The notes: generated by a model not told the origin, from the letters alone. Positions 29,071-40,022 are shown, counted from the stretch's first letter. The stretch: 64,000 bases of DNA from Myxococcota bacterium (GCA_965250285.1 OZ252299.1:4416001-4480000); one strand, 5' to 3'. Program-made: numbers and translations.

Positions 29071-30345
29071 ATGTGGGTTCGACGCGAATCCGCTGCCAGT
29101 CTTGCCTTCGGAGCGGCGCTCCTCTGCGTCGCATCGATCTGCATGGGCGCGCCCGCACGGGCGCAGTCGATCCCCGCCGCCACCCATCACATCGAATCGA
29201 ATGGGCGCGGCGGAACGACCCCCGACACGACGACCGGATGGTCGTTTCGCGTCACGCGCGAAGTCATCGTCACCGACCTCGGCTTCTTCGACATGCTCGA
29301 AGCGTCGAGCGGTTCGATCGGCGACGGTTTGCACGAACCGCACTCGGTCGGCATCTGGCACGAGAGCGGCACGCTGGTGGTCTCGGGCGTCGTGGCGGGT
29401 GGAACCGCAGCGCCCCTCGAAGCGGGCTTTCGATACGTGGCCGTCCCCGAGACGACGCTCGAGCCCGGCGAGATCTACGTCATCGGCTCGCATTGGCCCT
29501 CGACGTGCAATTTCACGATCGGCGGCAGCGGCGACTGCTCAGTGAGCTACGCGCAGGCCGGTGTGTTCACGCCGCCCAAGTTCACGTGGGACCCGGCCGT
29601 CTATCCGATCGAGCGTCGCTGGGGGGGCGTGGGCTTTGCGATGCCGCCCTCGTCGGGCCTCAACCCTGCGTTCGGCCCATCGTTCAAGTTCGAGCTCGGC
29701 GCCGCGCCTCCTCCCCCACCGCCCGCGCCTCCCGGAGAGGTCTCGATCGAAGATCCCGTCGGTGACGTCACGCTCTTCTCGGGCCCGCTCCCGCCCGGCA
29801 GCCCGAGCCCGCCCGAACTCGTGAGTGTGCGTGCGGGCTTCGATGCGACGCATCTCCACGTCGACGTCTCGTTCGCACCGGGCACGATGAACCCGGGTGG
29901 GACGGGGACCTTCTACCTGCTGGGCCTCGACCTCGATCTGAACGCACTCACAGGCGCTTCGTTCATCCCGGGCGCCGAGGCCATGCTCTTCTTCGCGAGC
30001 GACCTGCAGTCGGCAACGATCTGCGGCACGACGCTCGACCCGGCTGTCTGCACGACGTCGATCCCCGTCCAGCTCGGCGCCGACGACCTGAGCGTTTCCA
30101 TCCCGCTCGGTCCGGACGGGATCGACGACGACGGCGCTGCCCGCTTCGGGTTCGTGGCGGGCTACTTTCTCGACGGCATTCCGGTCTCCGAAGACGTCGC
30201 TTTCGGCGGCGTCAGTGGGAGCCTCGACCGGGTGTTCGCCGCCGTCTCGGGCAACCTGCTCGCAGCCCCGGTTCCGGCACTCGCGCCGCTCGGCGCCATC
30301 GGGCTCGCGCTGGCGCTCGTCGCCGCGGCGCGCCGCGAACTCTGA
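29071..30345 (+). CDS. Secreted two-domain protein (DUF4082-like N domain) with IPTL-CTERM-like sorting signal
   Basis: Signal peptide ARA|Q, GWSFRV...VTDLGFFD, poly-Pro linker, C-terminal VPALAPLG-TM-RR. Confidence 0.7.
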   Translation: MWVRRESAASLAFGAALLCVASICMGAPARAQSIPAATHHIESNGRGGTTPDTTTGWSFRVTREVIVTDLGFFDMLEASSGSIGDGLHEPHSVGIWHESGTLVVSGVVAGGTAAPLEAGFRYVAVPETTLEPGEIYVIGSHWPSTCNFTIGGSGDCSVSYAQAGVFTPPKFTWDPAVYPIERRWGGVGFAMPPSSGLNPAFGPSFKFELGAAPPPPPPAPPGEVSIEDPVGDVTLFSGPLPPGSPSPPELVSVRAGFDATHLHVDVSFAPGTMNPGGTGTFYLLGLDLDLNALTGASFIPGAEAMLFFASDLQSATICGTTLDPAVCTTSIPVQLGADDLSVSIPLGPDGIDDDGAARFGFVAGYFLDGIPVSEDVAFGGVSGSLDRVFAAVSGNLLAAPVPALAPLGAIGLALALVAAARREL

Positions 30346-30385
30346 ACCAGCCCACATCGAAAACGACGAACCCAGGAGTCCCCAG

Positions 30386-30796
30386 ATGAAGGTCAGCGTC
30401 GACCAGTACTGCATCAACGTGAGCGATCTCGAGAAGAGCCTCGATTTCTACGAGAAGGCGATCGGCCTGAAGATCACCCACCGCATCGAAGAGAAAGAGT
30501 TTCGTGAGGTCGTGCTCGCCGGCGAGAGCGGCAACCGCATTCAGCTCGCCTGGCAGCGCAATCAGGAGGGGCCGATCGAGCACGGCAACGGCTTCTGGAA
30601 GCTCTACCTCGACACCGACGACTGCAAGGGGCTGTACCAGCGCTGCATCGATGCAGGCGCCGAGTCGGTGACTGCGCCGGTCCAGCTCGACGAGTGGCCG
30701 GTCACGGCCGCCTTCGTCAAGGATCCCGATGGCTACCTCGTCGAGATCCTCGAGCATCATGGCGAGGCGAAGGAGATCAGCGGCTCGGAGGCCTGA
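30386..30796 (+). CDS. VOC/glyoxalase family protein
   Basis: AGGAG RBS; INVSDLEKSLDFYEKAIGL, FVKDPDGYLVEI. Confidence 0.9.
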   Translation: MKVSVDQYCINVSDLEKSLDFYEKAIGLKITHRIEEKEFREVVLAGESGNRIQLAWQRNQEGPIEHGNGFWKLYLDTDDCKGLYQRCIDAGAESVTAPVQLDEWPVTAAFVKDPDGYLVEILEHHGEAKEISGSEA

Positions 30797-30900
30797 TCTG
30801 CACCAAGCGCGCACGCCAAGTGCGTCGATGGCCGCGGTCGAGCCCGTCGAGCGCCTCGACGCCGAAGCGAGACCAGCCAGAGAGTTGGTAGAGAAAGAAG

Positions 30901-30930
30901 AAGGCCGGGTGGACGCGCCCACCCGGCCTT
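30901..30930. terminator. Probable bidirectional intrinsic terminator
   Basis: AAGGCCGGGTGG-6nt-CCACCCGGCCTT perfect 12-bp stem between convergent genes, with purine-rich left flank and T-rich right flank. Confidence 0.7.
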
Positions 30931-30987
30931 TGTTCGACGCCCTGAGCGAAGCGCACGCGGAGCGACGCCCGACCCTTCATCGCCCGA

Positions 30988-31590
30988 TCAGAGCTGATCG
31001 GCCTCGGTCGAGAGGTAGCTCGCCACACCCTCAGGGCTCGCCGTCATCCCCTTCGAGCCCTGGTTCCAACCGGCGGGACACACCTCGCCGTGCTCTTCGT
31101 GGAACTGAAGCGCGTCGACCATGCGAAGCATCTCGTCGACGTTTCGCCCGAGCGGGAGATCGTTCACGACCTGGTGGCGCACGACGCCCTCCTTGTCGAT
31201 CAGGAACGAGCCGCGCAGGGCCACCCCGCCCGGCGTCTGTACGTCGTAGGCACGACAGATCTCGTGACGCGTGTCGGCCACGAGCGTATAGCCGACCGGG
31301 CCGATGCCCCCCTGGTCGACGGGCGTGTTGCGCCAGGCGTTGTGGGTGAACTGCGAGTCGATCGACACACCGATCACCTCGACGTCCTTCGACTTGAACG
31401 CATCCATGCGGTGGTCGAACGCGATCAGCTCACTCGGGCACACGAAGGTGAAGTCGAGGGGATAGAAGAAGAGGACCGCGTACCTGCCCTTCCGCGCCTC
31501 AGAGAAGGTCAGGCTGTCGACGATCGAGCCGTCCGCGAGGACGGCGGCTGCAGTGAAGTCCGGGGCGGGTTGCCCAACGAGTACGCTCAT
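30988..31590 (-). CDS. ahpC: 2-Cys peroxiredoxin
   Basis: FFYPLDFTFVCPSE and GEVCPAGW. Confidence 0.95.
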   Translation of the reverse strand: MSVLVGQPAPDFTAAAVLADGSIVDSLTFSEARKGRYAVLFFYPLDFTFVCPSELIAFDHRMDAFKSKDVEVIGVSIDSQFTHNAWRNTPVDQGGIGPVGYTLVADTRHEICRAYDVQTPGGVALRGSFLIDKEGVVRHQVVNDLPLGRNVDEMLRMVDALQFHEEHGEVCPAGWNQGSKGMTASPEGVASYLSTEADQL

Positions 31591-31944
31591 TTCGTGCTTT
31601 TCCTCCGCATTCTGCGCGCAGTGCATGCGGCAGAAACGATCGAGTGTCTTGCTCCTGGGGTTCGGATGCATGCGACGACGTTTCGGGTGCGTCCACCGAC
31701 GTCGACACCGGCCTGGCCTGGGAGGCGAGTGTGTCGCCAACGCGGCGCCACACCGGACAGGCTAGCGAACGAAGCGCCGGCGAGCCGACGTTCCGTCTCA
31801 TTGTGTCGTCGATGTGACGTCGTCGTGTGCGCGAGCATCGAACGTGGGCGAGTGAATTCTGTGCACATGCGCCACGAGTCGCACAGGCCGCCTTGTTCAC
31901 GCCATCGCAGAGTCAATCCACGAGACGTGACGAGCCCGATCGGT

Positions 31945-33339
31945 TCACGCCCCCTTCGGCCCGGTCATCTCCGACGGAATCACGAAGCGGTCGAAGTCTT
32001 CGCCCGAGAGGTACCCCTTCTCGATCGCGACCTCGCGCAGCGTCTTCCCCTGCTTGTACGCCGTCTTCGCGACATCGGCGGCCTTGTCGTAGCCGATGTG
32101 CGGGTTGAGCGCGGTGACCAGCATGAGCGATCGATGGAGGTTTTCGTCGATGCGCTCGCGGTGGGCCTCGATTCCGACCGCGCAGTGCTCGTCGAACGAG
32201 ATCGCGGCGTCCGCCAGCAGATCGATCGACTGCAGCACCGCGTAGGCGATGACCGGCATGTACACGTTGAGTTCGAAGTTGCCCGACGCCCCCGCCATCG
32301 TCACCGTCGTGCCGTTGCCGATGACGCGCGTTGCGACCATCGTGAGGGCCTCACACTGCGTCGGGTTGACCTTGCCCGGCATGATCGAAGAACCGGGCTC
32401 GTTCTCGGGGATCAGGATCTCGCCAATGCCACAGCGCGGCCCGCTTGCGAGCCATCGTACGTCGTTCGCGATCTTGTGAAGCGCCGTCGCGACGGCGTTG
32501 AGCACGCCGTGCAAGCCGACGAGGGCTTCCTTGCCCGCCATCTGCGCGAACTTGTTCTCAGCCGAGACGAAGGGCAGCCCGGTGCGCTTCGCGAGCGCCT
32601 CGGCCATACCCGCGGCGTAGCCGGCCCGTGTATTCAGACCGGTCCCCACGGCAGTCCCGCCGATCGCGAGCGCGTAGACCTCTTCGAGTGACCGGTCGAG
32701 CTGGCGCTCGCAGATGGCGATCTGCGCCGCGTAGCCCGAGAACTCCTGGCCGAGCGTGAGCGGTGTCGCATCCTGCAGATGGGTGCGGCCGATCTTGACG
32801 ATCTCGCCGAAGGCTTCGGCTTTCTCTTCGAGCGTCTTACGAAGCTGCGCGAGCGCGGGGAGCAGCCGCTCTCTCACCTCTTCGGCGGCCGCGACGTGGA
32901 TCGCGGTCGGGTAGGCGTCGTTCGTCGACTGAGCGTGGTTCACGTGATCGTTCGGATGCACCGGCGTCTTCGAGCCGAGCTCGCCGCCGAGCGACTCGAT
33001 GGCGCGGTTCGCGATCACCTCGTTGGTGTTCATGTTCGTCTGTGTGCCGCTGCCCGTCTGCCAGACCACGAGCGGAAAGTGCGCATCGAGAGATCCGTCG
33101 ATCACCTCCTGCGCCGCTGCCTCGATCGCCTGACCGATCTCGGCGGGGATCCCACCGAGCCGCGCATTCACCTCGGCAGCCGATTGTTTGACCAGGCCCA
33201 GCGCGCGGATGAGCGGCCGCGGCATGCGCTCGCTCCCGATCTTGAAGTTCTGCAGCGAGCGCTGCGTCTGCGCGCCCCAGTAGCGATCGGCCGGAACCTG
33301 CAGCTCGCCCATGCTGTCGCGTTCGATGCGGACGTCCAT
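31945..33339 (-). CDS. fumC: Class II fumarate hydratase
   Basis: [15 protein letters not shown] signature, [12 protein letters not shown]. Confidence 0.97.
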   Translation of the reverse strand: MDVRIERDSMGELQVPADRYWGAQTQRSLQNFKIGSERMPRPLIRALGLVKQSAAEVNARLGGIPAEIGQAIEAAAQEVIDGSLDAHFPLVVWQTGSGTQTNMNTNEVIANRAIESLGGELGSKTPVHPNDHVNHAQSTNDAYPTAIHVAAAEEVRERLLPALAQLRKTLEEKAEAFGEIVKIGRTHLQDATPLTLGQEFSGYAAQIAICERQLDRSLEEVYALAIGGTAVGTGLNTRAGYAAGMAEALAKRTGLPFVSAENKFAQMAGKEALVGLHGVLNAVATALHKIANDVRWLASGPRCGIGEILIPENEPGSSIMPGKVNPTQCEALTMVATRVIGNGTTVTMAGASGNFELNVYMPVIAYAVLQSIDLLADAAISFDEHCAVGIEAHRERIDENLHRSLMLVTALNPHIGYDKAADVAKTAYKQGKTLREVAIEKGYLSGEDFDRFVIPSEMTGPKGA

Positions 33340-33552
33340 ATGCGCTCACTCCTCTGCGGCAGCCAAGGTGAACGCGGGGCCGGCCGAGGAGTGCGACGAC
33401 GTCGACGGAACGACGCCCTACCCACGAGCGGCGCAGACATCTCGCCGTCGCCAGCTGTGAAGATGACCTTCAAGCTCGAACAACCTATCGAAGCGATCCG
33501 GGCGCAACAAGCCAGCCGATGACGACGCCCGCGTCGACCCCGAACGTCCGGC

Positions 33553-36500
33553 TCAGGGCGTTCCGCACTCGGCCCCCTCGTAGAGACCGATGTCGTCGAG
33601 GGTCACGTCGAGTTCGCTCTGCGCCATGTCGAACGTCAGGCGCGCACGCGGATCCGTCTCTTCGGCGGTGAACACGAAGTGGAACGAAGCGAACTCATCG
33701 GTGAGCTGTGCGGTGTACGCCCCTTCGCTGATCTGTCGGAACTCGGGCTTGTCGGTATCGACGTATGTGATGATCTCGCGCGGCCCTTCGGCCTTCGCGT
33801 CGAAGCAGATCGAGTAGGTCTGCCCCTCCAGGACCATCAATGAGTGGTTCAACGACGCGTGCCAGGCTTCGGGCGATGCGGCGCTGATCGCGACGTTCAT
33901 CTCTTCGTTTCGCACGCTGAACGTCGCAACGATGTCGACCGTATGCCAGTTCACCCCGAAGACGTTGCCGTCGAAGTGACCACCGGTGTTGAGCAAGTTG
34001 CCCTGATGCGGCGCGGGGCTCTGGGTCGAGTAGAACATCAGATCGTTCGAGATGCGACCGCCCGGATTCATCAGCTGAACGAAATGCAGGCCGCCGACGG
34101 GGAGCGCTTCATCCAGCTCGACGTCGATCAGCTCGTCGTCGCACGTGGGAAGACTGCCCGAAACGCATGCCACGTCACCCTCGACCCGGTGGCCGTCGAC
34201 GAAGACGAGCGCACCCGCCTCGACGTGACGCCCATGCATGCGCAGGCTGTTCTCGTCGGAGAGGAACGTGAGGGTGGCGTTCACCTGCTGGACATGGAGA
34301 GGAATGCCGGTGTCCTCCCAGATCCCCGGTTGCGGCGTGTCGGCTTCGACGTCTGCACCGATACGGCCGGTCAGCGTCACGACGACATCGCCCGCAACGA
34401 CCGCGGCGAGCAGGGCGGCGCGGGAGAACTCTCGACCTGCATCGCCGCGCACGCGGTACACGCCGTCATCCCAGTCGATGCCGAGGCCCTTCGGCTCACC
34501 GCCGACGATCTCGACTCCTTCGCCCTGTAGCTCGATCGCCTCTTCGCTCGCTGCGCCCTCGAGCACGTCGAGCAGCCTCGTCGTCTGGGCCGCACCCGCG
34601 CTCTCGGCTGTCAGCGTCACCTGTCTGCCAAATGCGCCGTGAAAGCCGGTGCTCGCCTGCAGCACCATTGCCCAGATGCCGTCCGTCGCTCCGATCGTCT
34701 GCCAGATGAACTGCTCGGGAAACCCGTCGTCGAGCACGCCGAGCAGGATCGCCAGATCGGCCGTGAAGGCCCGCCCCTGTGGCAGTACGAGGTAGCGGTC
34801 GTAGGCGCCTCGCCAGGTCGGGGCATCCATGCCGCTGCCGCGCGTGTTGGTGCTGACGAGGAATGGCTGCTTGTGGCATTCGCCGCAGGCCCCACCCCCG
34901 GTACCGCGCCCGCCAGCCGTGTTGCTCCGAATGAAGTTGAACTCGAAGATGCCGTCGCGTGCGATCGGTTCGAGCGCATTGTCGATCGGCCGCCGTTGCG
35001 CAGGCGGATAGGGGATGTTCAGCAGGAACTCCGAAAGGGCTTCGCGCTCGACCTGGTCGATCGCGCCGGCGAGCCCCTCGTCGTTGCTGGGACAAGCGTC
35101 TTGCAAGCACATCGTCGTTGCCATCCCCCCGTCGACGAGATGACGCGTGCAGCTGGCTTCGTCGCCGATGTCACAGTTCGGGTCGACATCACTGCGAATC
35201 GAAGCCGTATTGATGCCACCGTATGGATCACCGGGAATGCCGTCCCAGTGGTACGGCTGCGTATCGCGCAGGCCACGCGTCGGCATCGTCGAGCGAGGCG
35301 GGATCTGGGTGCAGCCGTCGATGTCGCAGACCGGCGTGTCGAGCACCCACAACAGCTGATCGGTGTGACCGTCGGGGTGGCAGCTCTCGCACGAGAAGGT
35401 CTCGGTGGTCGAAGCATTCGCATCGTGGAACACCTTGCGACCGGCCTTGACGATGGGCGTCGTCGGATCGTCGAGCTCGATGGTCGCCCGCACGACGAGC
35501 GCGCTCGGATCGCTGGCATCAATGACCTGCACCGTGTTGTCCACGACGTTCAGAACCCACGCCTCGGTCGCGACCCCGAGCGCTCCGGACCGGTAAACGA
35601 GCCCGCGCGGCACGGCCCCGACGCCGACGCGCGACAGCACCTCGCCGGTGTCGGCGTTCATGGCGAAGACACGATTCGAGCTCGCTGCGGTTGCGAGCAC
35701 GGTCGCGTCGTCGGGGCTGACGGCGATCGCGAACGGCGTGGCGAGCGCGTCGCCGGGGGCCGGATGTGCAGGCGGAAGTGGCTCGAGATCGTGCCGCGTA
35801 GGCGCCGCGCAGTCGCCGGTGCTGCAGTCGATCATCGTGATCTGATTGAGAAACGCGCGGTTCTCCATCTCATCGAGGCCGTGCTTTTCGGTGCCGGCCT
35901 TGCCGTTCACTGCGTTGCGAGCATCGGTCTGCGCCACGAATACTCGCCCGTTCGAGTCGACCGCGAGGCCGTAGAGCAAAGTGCCAATGCCCTGCACTTC
36001 TTCGACGCGCTCATCGGTCGTCGTATCGAAGACGAAGAGATCGCGGTCGGGGAGCGCCGGGTTGACGACGATATCCGCGTCGTAGCCGAGCGAGAGGATG
36101 TTGTTGTTGAGCACGACGTGAGTCAGGATGTCGAAGGTGCAGAGATCACCGTCGATGTTCTGCGGAAGACAGCCCGAGATTTGGGTCTGGTTGTGCGACT
36201 CGAAGGGCAGGACGTAGAGCCGGTCACCCGCGACGACGATCGCCCGCGGGTCCTGCGCATTGATCGGCAGGCGGCTGGTCACGGCGCGGGTCGCCACATC
36301 GACGACCGCGATCTCGTTGTCGGGACCGAGGGCGACGTACGCCTTGTCGTCGCTCGCGAAGGCGATGCCCGTGGGTTCGTCGAAGTCGGTCACCAGACCG
36401 GAGTCGTCGAAGGCCTGCACCGTGGCGACGACATGGTGCAGCGTCGGGCTGTCGGGATCGGTGTCGATCACGCTGACGCTGTCCGAGATGTGGTTCGCGA

Positions 36501-36819
36501 CCCAGAGCTCATGACCATCGGGTCGCACGGCGAGCGCCACCGGATCGACGCCCACGTGGATCCGGTGAACGACACGGCGTCGCTCCGCATCGATCACATC
36601 GACGGTGTCGGCCGGCGTGTTCGCCACGTAGATGTGCTCGCCCAGACTCGCGATCGGATGCACGTGGGGGCTCATGAACATCGGATGCCCGACCGCGGCA
36701 CCGGCCGGCGCCGCGACGCCGACGTTCGTCTCTGCCTCTTCGGCGGGCTGCTCGGGATCATTCGAACAGCCGGCGACCGAGACGAGGGCGAATAGAAGAA
36801 CCAAGAGCCTGAGGCGCAT
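33553..36819 (-). CDS. Large lipoprotein: YVTN/YncE beta-propeller + diheme c domain + CBM4/9-like domain
   Basis: Lipobox VAGC, YVANTPADTVDVID / WVANHISDSVSVID repeats, CESCH and CGECH, C-terminal GQTYSICFDAKA..LDDIGLYE. Confidence 0.75.
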   Translation of the reverse strand: MRLRLLVLLFALVSVAGCSNDPEQPAEEAETNVGVAAPAGAAVGHPMFMSPHVHPIASLGEHIYVANTPADTVDVIDAERRRVVHRIHVGVDPVALAVRPDGHELWVANHISDSVSVIDTDPDSPTLHHVVATVQAFDDSGLVTDFDEPTGIAFASDDKAYVALGPDNEIAVVDVATRAVTSRLPINAQDPRAIVVAGDRLYVLPFESHNQTQISGCLPQNIDGDLCTFDILTHVVLNNNILSLGYDADIVVNPALPDRDLFVFDTTTDERVEEVQGIGTLLYGLAVDSNGRVFVAQTDARNAVNGKAGTEKHGLDEMENRAFLNQITMIDCSTGDCAAPTRHDLEPLPPAHPAPGDALATPFAIAVSPDDATVLATAASSNRVFAMNADTGEVLSRVGVGAVPRGLVYRSGALGVATEAWVLNVVDNTVQVIDASDPSALVVRATIELDDPTTPIVKAGRKVFHDANASTTETFSCESCHPDGHTDQLLWVLDTPVCDIDGCTQIPPRSTMPTRGLRDTQPYHWDGIPGDPYGGINTASIRSDVDPNCDIGDEASCTRHLVDGGMATTMCLQDACPSNDEGLAGAIDQVEREALSEFLLNIPYPPAQRRPIDNALEPIARDGIFEFNFIRSNTAGGRGTGGGACGECHKQPFLVSTNTRGSGMDAPTWRGAYDRYLVLPQGRAFTADLAILLGVLDDGFPEQFIWQTIGATDGIWAMVLQASTGFHGAFGRQVTLTAESAGAAQTTRLLDVLEGAASEEAIELQGEGVEIVGGEPKGLGIDWDDGVYRVRGDAGREFSRAALLAAVVAGDVVVTLTGRIGADVEADTPQPGIWEDTGIPLHVQQVNATLTFLSDENSLRMHGRHVEAGALVFVDGHRVEGDVACVSGSLPTCDDELIDVELDEALPVGGLHFVQLMNPGGRISNDLMFYSTQSPAPHQGNLLNTGGHFDGNVFGVNWHTVDIVATFSVRNEEMNVAISAASPEAWHASLNHSLMVLEGQTYSICFDAKAEGPREIITYVDTDKPEFRQISEGAYTAQLTDEFASFHFVFTAEETDPRARLTFDMAQSELDVTLDDIGLYEGAECGTP

Positions 36820-36980
36820 CCGTGTCTCCTCGGTGGCCCACCTGGGTGGACGGAGGCCATTCTGACACGGTGCGATTCATGATGGACCGACGGTTTCAAT
36901 CGACACGGCGCGGCAACCCCGGGGGACGTCGGGCTGGAGCGCGGGTCAGGCCGCGACCCGACGCGGGGGAAGCGGGCCCT

Positions 36981-38468
36981 CTACGCGCCGCGGTGCTCGC
37001 GCAGCATCTTGCGCGCCACGCGCTCGGCGATCATCACGCAGCCGAGATACGTGTTGCCGGAAGGAATCGTCGGCATGACCGATGCGTCGCAGACCCGCAG
37101 ACCCGCGATGCCCTGCACGCGACAGTCGGCGTCGAGCACCGTGCCCATCGGGCAGGTGCTCGTCATGTGGCCGTAGCTCAGGGGCATGCGCTCGAGCGCA
37201 ACGGCCACGGCGTCGTTCGCCATCAGGTCGTGCGCGACGACCGGGTGACAGCCCAGCTCGCGCGCCGCGCTCGAAGTCTCCCACTTGGCGATGCGATCGA
37301 AGGCGTGCCGCAGGCGTGCTTCTGCGTGGTCGGGGAGCGGGGGGGCCTCGACCTCCGGCCCCGCTTCGAGCGACTCGCCCAACTCGACCCGACCGCGGCC
37401 GCTCGATCTCAGCAGGAAGACGGCCATCGTAAAGAACGTCGGGTCATCCCCGGGCGCGGCAGCGATCGGGAACGCGTGGTAGTCGACGTCGCGACCGTTG
37501 GACGCCCCGATGAGGAGCGTCTGCGCGGGACCGGCCACGCCTCCTCGCTCGCCGTCGTGCTGATACAGGATGCCGGGCCCCAGGTGATCGCTCATCGTCT
37601 GGCCGACCGGCAGATCGGCCTGCACGGTGATTCCGTGCGCTGCGAGCTGGGCCGCCGGCCCGATGCCCGATCGCAGCAACAGAAACGGCGACCACAGTGC
37701 TCCGGCAGCGACGACGACCTCATCGGCTTCGATCTCCTCGCCCGAGACGAGCTCGACCCCCGAGGCTCGACCGGCGCTCGAGACGATCGAAGCGACCTCG
37801 CAGCCCGTCCGCACGCGCAGGTTGGGCCTCGCTCTCACCGCCGGTGTCAGATACGCGAGACTGGTGGTCACGCGTCGATCCTCGGCGTCGATCGTGACCG
37901 GGAAGACGCCCAGGCCAGGCAGCTGCGATGGATCGTTGATGTCGTCGGCCGTCGGCTCGCCGAGCTCGCGCATGCCGTCATAGAACGCACGCTGCGCATG
38001 GCTGAGCTCGTCGCGGCGCCACCTTCGGACGGGGAGCGGGCCCCGGTCGCCGTGGATCGGCGAGTTGCCGAAGTCGGCGTCGCGCTCGGCGGCGATGAAC
38101 GTACTCTCGACGTCGCTCCAGCCCCATCCCTCGAGGCCGGCCGCCGCCCAGCCGTCGTAGTCTTCGGGCAGGCCGCGCAGCGTCGCCAGTCCATTGAGGG
38201 CCGAGGTCCCACCGAGCAGCCGACCCTGGAGCATCGGGATCGGGGGCCCGGACGACCGGTGCATCGGCGTGACCACACTCGGCGTCGTCGCGCCCGACCA
38301 GGCCGTGGCCGCGCGCGCCGGCTCGAGCACGCCGACGTCGTAGGCGTCTTCGTCGGGGCCGGTCTCGAGCAGCGTGACGTCGAGCGTAGGGTCTTCGCTC
38401 AGCCGAGCGGCCAGGACGCAGCCCGCCGTGCCGCCGCCGACCACGATGATGTGTTTCTGCTCTGCCAT
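36981..38468 (-). CDS. GMC family oxidoreductase
   Basis: VVGGGTAGCVLAARLSE, GRLLGGTSALNG, H..STCPMG, GLRVCDASVMP..GNT. Confidence 0.92.
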   Translation of the reverse strand: MAEQKHIIVVGGGTAGCVLAARLSEDPTLDVTLLETGPDEDAYDVGVLEPARAATAWSGATTPSVVTPMHRSSGPPIPMLQGRLLGGTSALNGLATLRGLPEDYDGWAAAGLEGWGWSDVESTFIAAERDADFGNSPIHGDRGPLPVRRWRRDELSHAQRAFYDGMRELGEPTADDINDPSQLPGLGVFPVTIDAEDRRVTTSLAYLTPAVRARPNLRVRTGCEVASIVSSAGRASGVELVSGEEIEADEVVVAAGALWSPFLLLRSGIGPAAQLAAHGITVQADLPVGQTMSDHLGPGILYQHDGERGGVAGPAQTLLIGASNGRDVDYHAFPIAAAPGDDPTFFTMAVFLLRSSGRGRVELGESLEAGPEVEAPPLPDHAEARLRHAFDRIAKWETSSAARELGCHPVVAHDLMANDAVAVALERMPLSYGHMTSTCPMGTVLDADCRVQGIAGLRVCDASVMPTIPSGNTYLGCVMIAERVARKMLREHRGA

Positions 38469-38480
38469 CTTGCGACCCCC

Positions 38481-39569
38481 TCAGTCGAAGACCGCCACCG
38501 GACGGCCCAAGCGACCGACCAGGCGCTTCGCCTCTTTGTGAACCGGACGATCGGTCGTCGCCGCATCGAGGGCGTCGACGGCGGTCGCCGGCAGCCGCGC
38601 TGAGACGACGCGCCGAGCCTGCGCGTCGAGCCGCGCGAAGCGACGCCGTAGGGCATCGAGGCACTCAGCCCGGTAGGGCGCCGTAGGGACACGCCAATCG
38701 ACGCCCTGCGCGTGATGGTGCACGAACGTGTCGCCCGAATCGACCGCCGCTGCGTTCGCCACCAGATACGGGAGATAGCTGTCGCCGACCATCTGAAAGA
38801 AGAAATCGAGGTCGTCGGGCAGCTGTTGCAGCTCGGGCGCCGCCTCGACATCGCTGGCTCGAAGCGACCAGAGGCGCGTCACCCAATGCGTCAGGTGGGG
38901 GGCGTGCTTTCGCATGAGCGCCCCGGGCGTCGGGTCACAGAAGAAGTGCCGAAAGAAGGGACCGAACAGGCCGAAGTCGGCGGCGCAGGGCCGATCGCCA
39001 AAGAGGAAGGGGCGCTTCGCGAAGATGCGATCGAGCTCGCGCAGCGAGTCGAGGTAGAGCGTCTCGATCGCGGGGGCCGTCTCGGCCGTGACGCCGTCCC
39101 GATCGAGATACACCCGTCGCTGTCGGTAGAGGATGAACCGGCGGCGTAAAGCCAGCGGCAGGGGAACGTCGCGAAGCAGCGTGCGCGCGATCTGGTTGCT
39201 CATCAGGCGCGCGTCTTCATCGAATGCCCAGCGGTAGTAGAGCGCGGGACGCCAGAACCACTCATCGAAGAGATCTTCGAACAGCGCACTGCAGAACGCC
39301 GTCGCCGGGTTGGCGGGCGTCAGCCGAGGGCCCGGGTGCTCCGACTCGAAGCGCTCGAGGATCGCGGTGGTGTCGGTGAGCCACTCACCGGCGGGCGTCT
39401 GGACACACGGCAGCTGGACGATCCCCGTCGCGCGACCACATGCCCGAAACTGCCTGCGCGTCATCTCTTCGAACCGAAACGGGATGCCCTTGGCCTGAAG
39501 GTAGGCCTCGAGCTTGCCGGTGAAGTACGAGCAGCTCAGCCCGTACACGACGTGAAGGTCTTCGCTCAT
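38481..39569 (-). CDS. Glutathione S-transferase family protein
   Basis: SYFTGKLEAYL..KGIPF, QLP, LTDTT, FLFGDRPCAADFGLFG. Confidence 0.8.
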   Translation of the reverse strand: MSEDLHVVYGLSCSYFTGKLEAYLQAKGIPFRFEEMTRRQFRACGRATGIVQLPCVQTPAGEWLTDTTAILERFESEHPGPRLTPANPATAFCSALFEDLFDEWFWRPALYYRWAFDEDARLMSNQIARTLLRDVPLPLALRRRFILYRQRRVYLDRDGVTAETAPAIETLYLDSLRELDRIFAKRPFLFGDRPCAADFGLFGPFFRHFFCDPTPGALMRKHAPHLTHWVTRLWSLRASDVEAAPELQQLPDDLDFFFQMVGDSYLPYLVANAAAVDSGDTFVHHHAQGVDWRVPTAPYRAECLDALRRRFARLDAQARRVVSARLPATAVDALDAATTDRPVHKEAKRLVGRLGRPVAVFD

Positions 39570-40022
39570 CTAGCGCCCCTCCTGGCCACGGGTCTCGAAG
39601 AGCACGACCGGAATCTCTCGGATCCCGGCGGTTCGCTCTTCGTAGACGCGAAAGCCGGGATCCTGCTCGACGATCTCGTCCCAGACCCTCGCGCGCTCGT
39701 CGCCCTCGAGCGCGCGGGCGTGCACCGGGATCAGCCGATCGCGAATCTGAATCTCGACGTCGGGCTGCGCCATCAGGTTCAGGAACCAAACCGGGTGCTT
39801 CGGCTCACCGGCCCACGACGCTGCGACGGCCCACGAATCGCCTCGGTCGAGATAGATGAGCCCGTTGGTGCGCGGCTGGCCGCTGCGGCGTCCGCGGGTG
39901 TTCAGCAGCAACACCGGCGAATCGCCGAACCGTCCGAGTACGCGGCCGCGGCTCTTGCGGTAGATCCAGGGGTGCCAGCGAAAGAAGAGCTCCGAGAGCT
40001 TGTTTCGACGCGCAACGGGCAT
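39570..40022 (-). CDS. Ddn-like (F420H2-dependent nitro/quinone reductase family) protein
   Basis: LLLNTRGRRSGQPR, ASWAGEPKHPVWFLNL, YEERT..REIPVV. Confidence 0.88.
   Translation of the reverse strand: MPVARRNKLSELFFRWHPWIYRKSRGRVLGRFGDSPVLLLNTRGRRSGQPRTNGLIYLDRGDSWAVAASWAGEPKHPVWFLNLMAQPDVEIQIRDRLIPVHARALEGDERARVWDEIVEQDPGFRVYEERTAGIREIPVVLFETRGQEGR

Noticed and set aside
34639..36795. Long antisense or alternate-frame ORFs (also 23473-25320, 42884-44788, 44774-46789, 48555-50243)
   Set aside because: Arg/Ala-rich shadows expected in high-GC DNA, overlapping well-supported genes
36981..38468. Mycofactocin-system GMC (MftG) assignment
   Set aside because: No mft genes or precursor peptide in the window; only generic GMC motifs are visible
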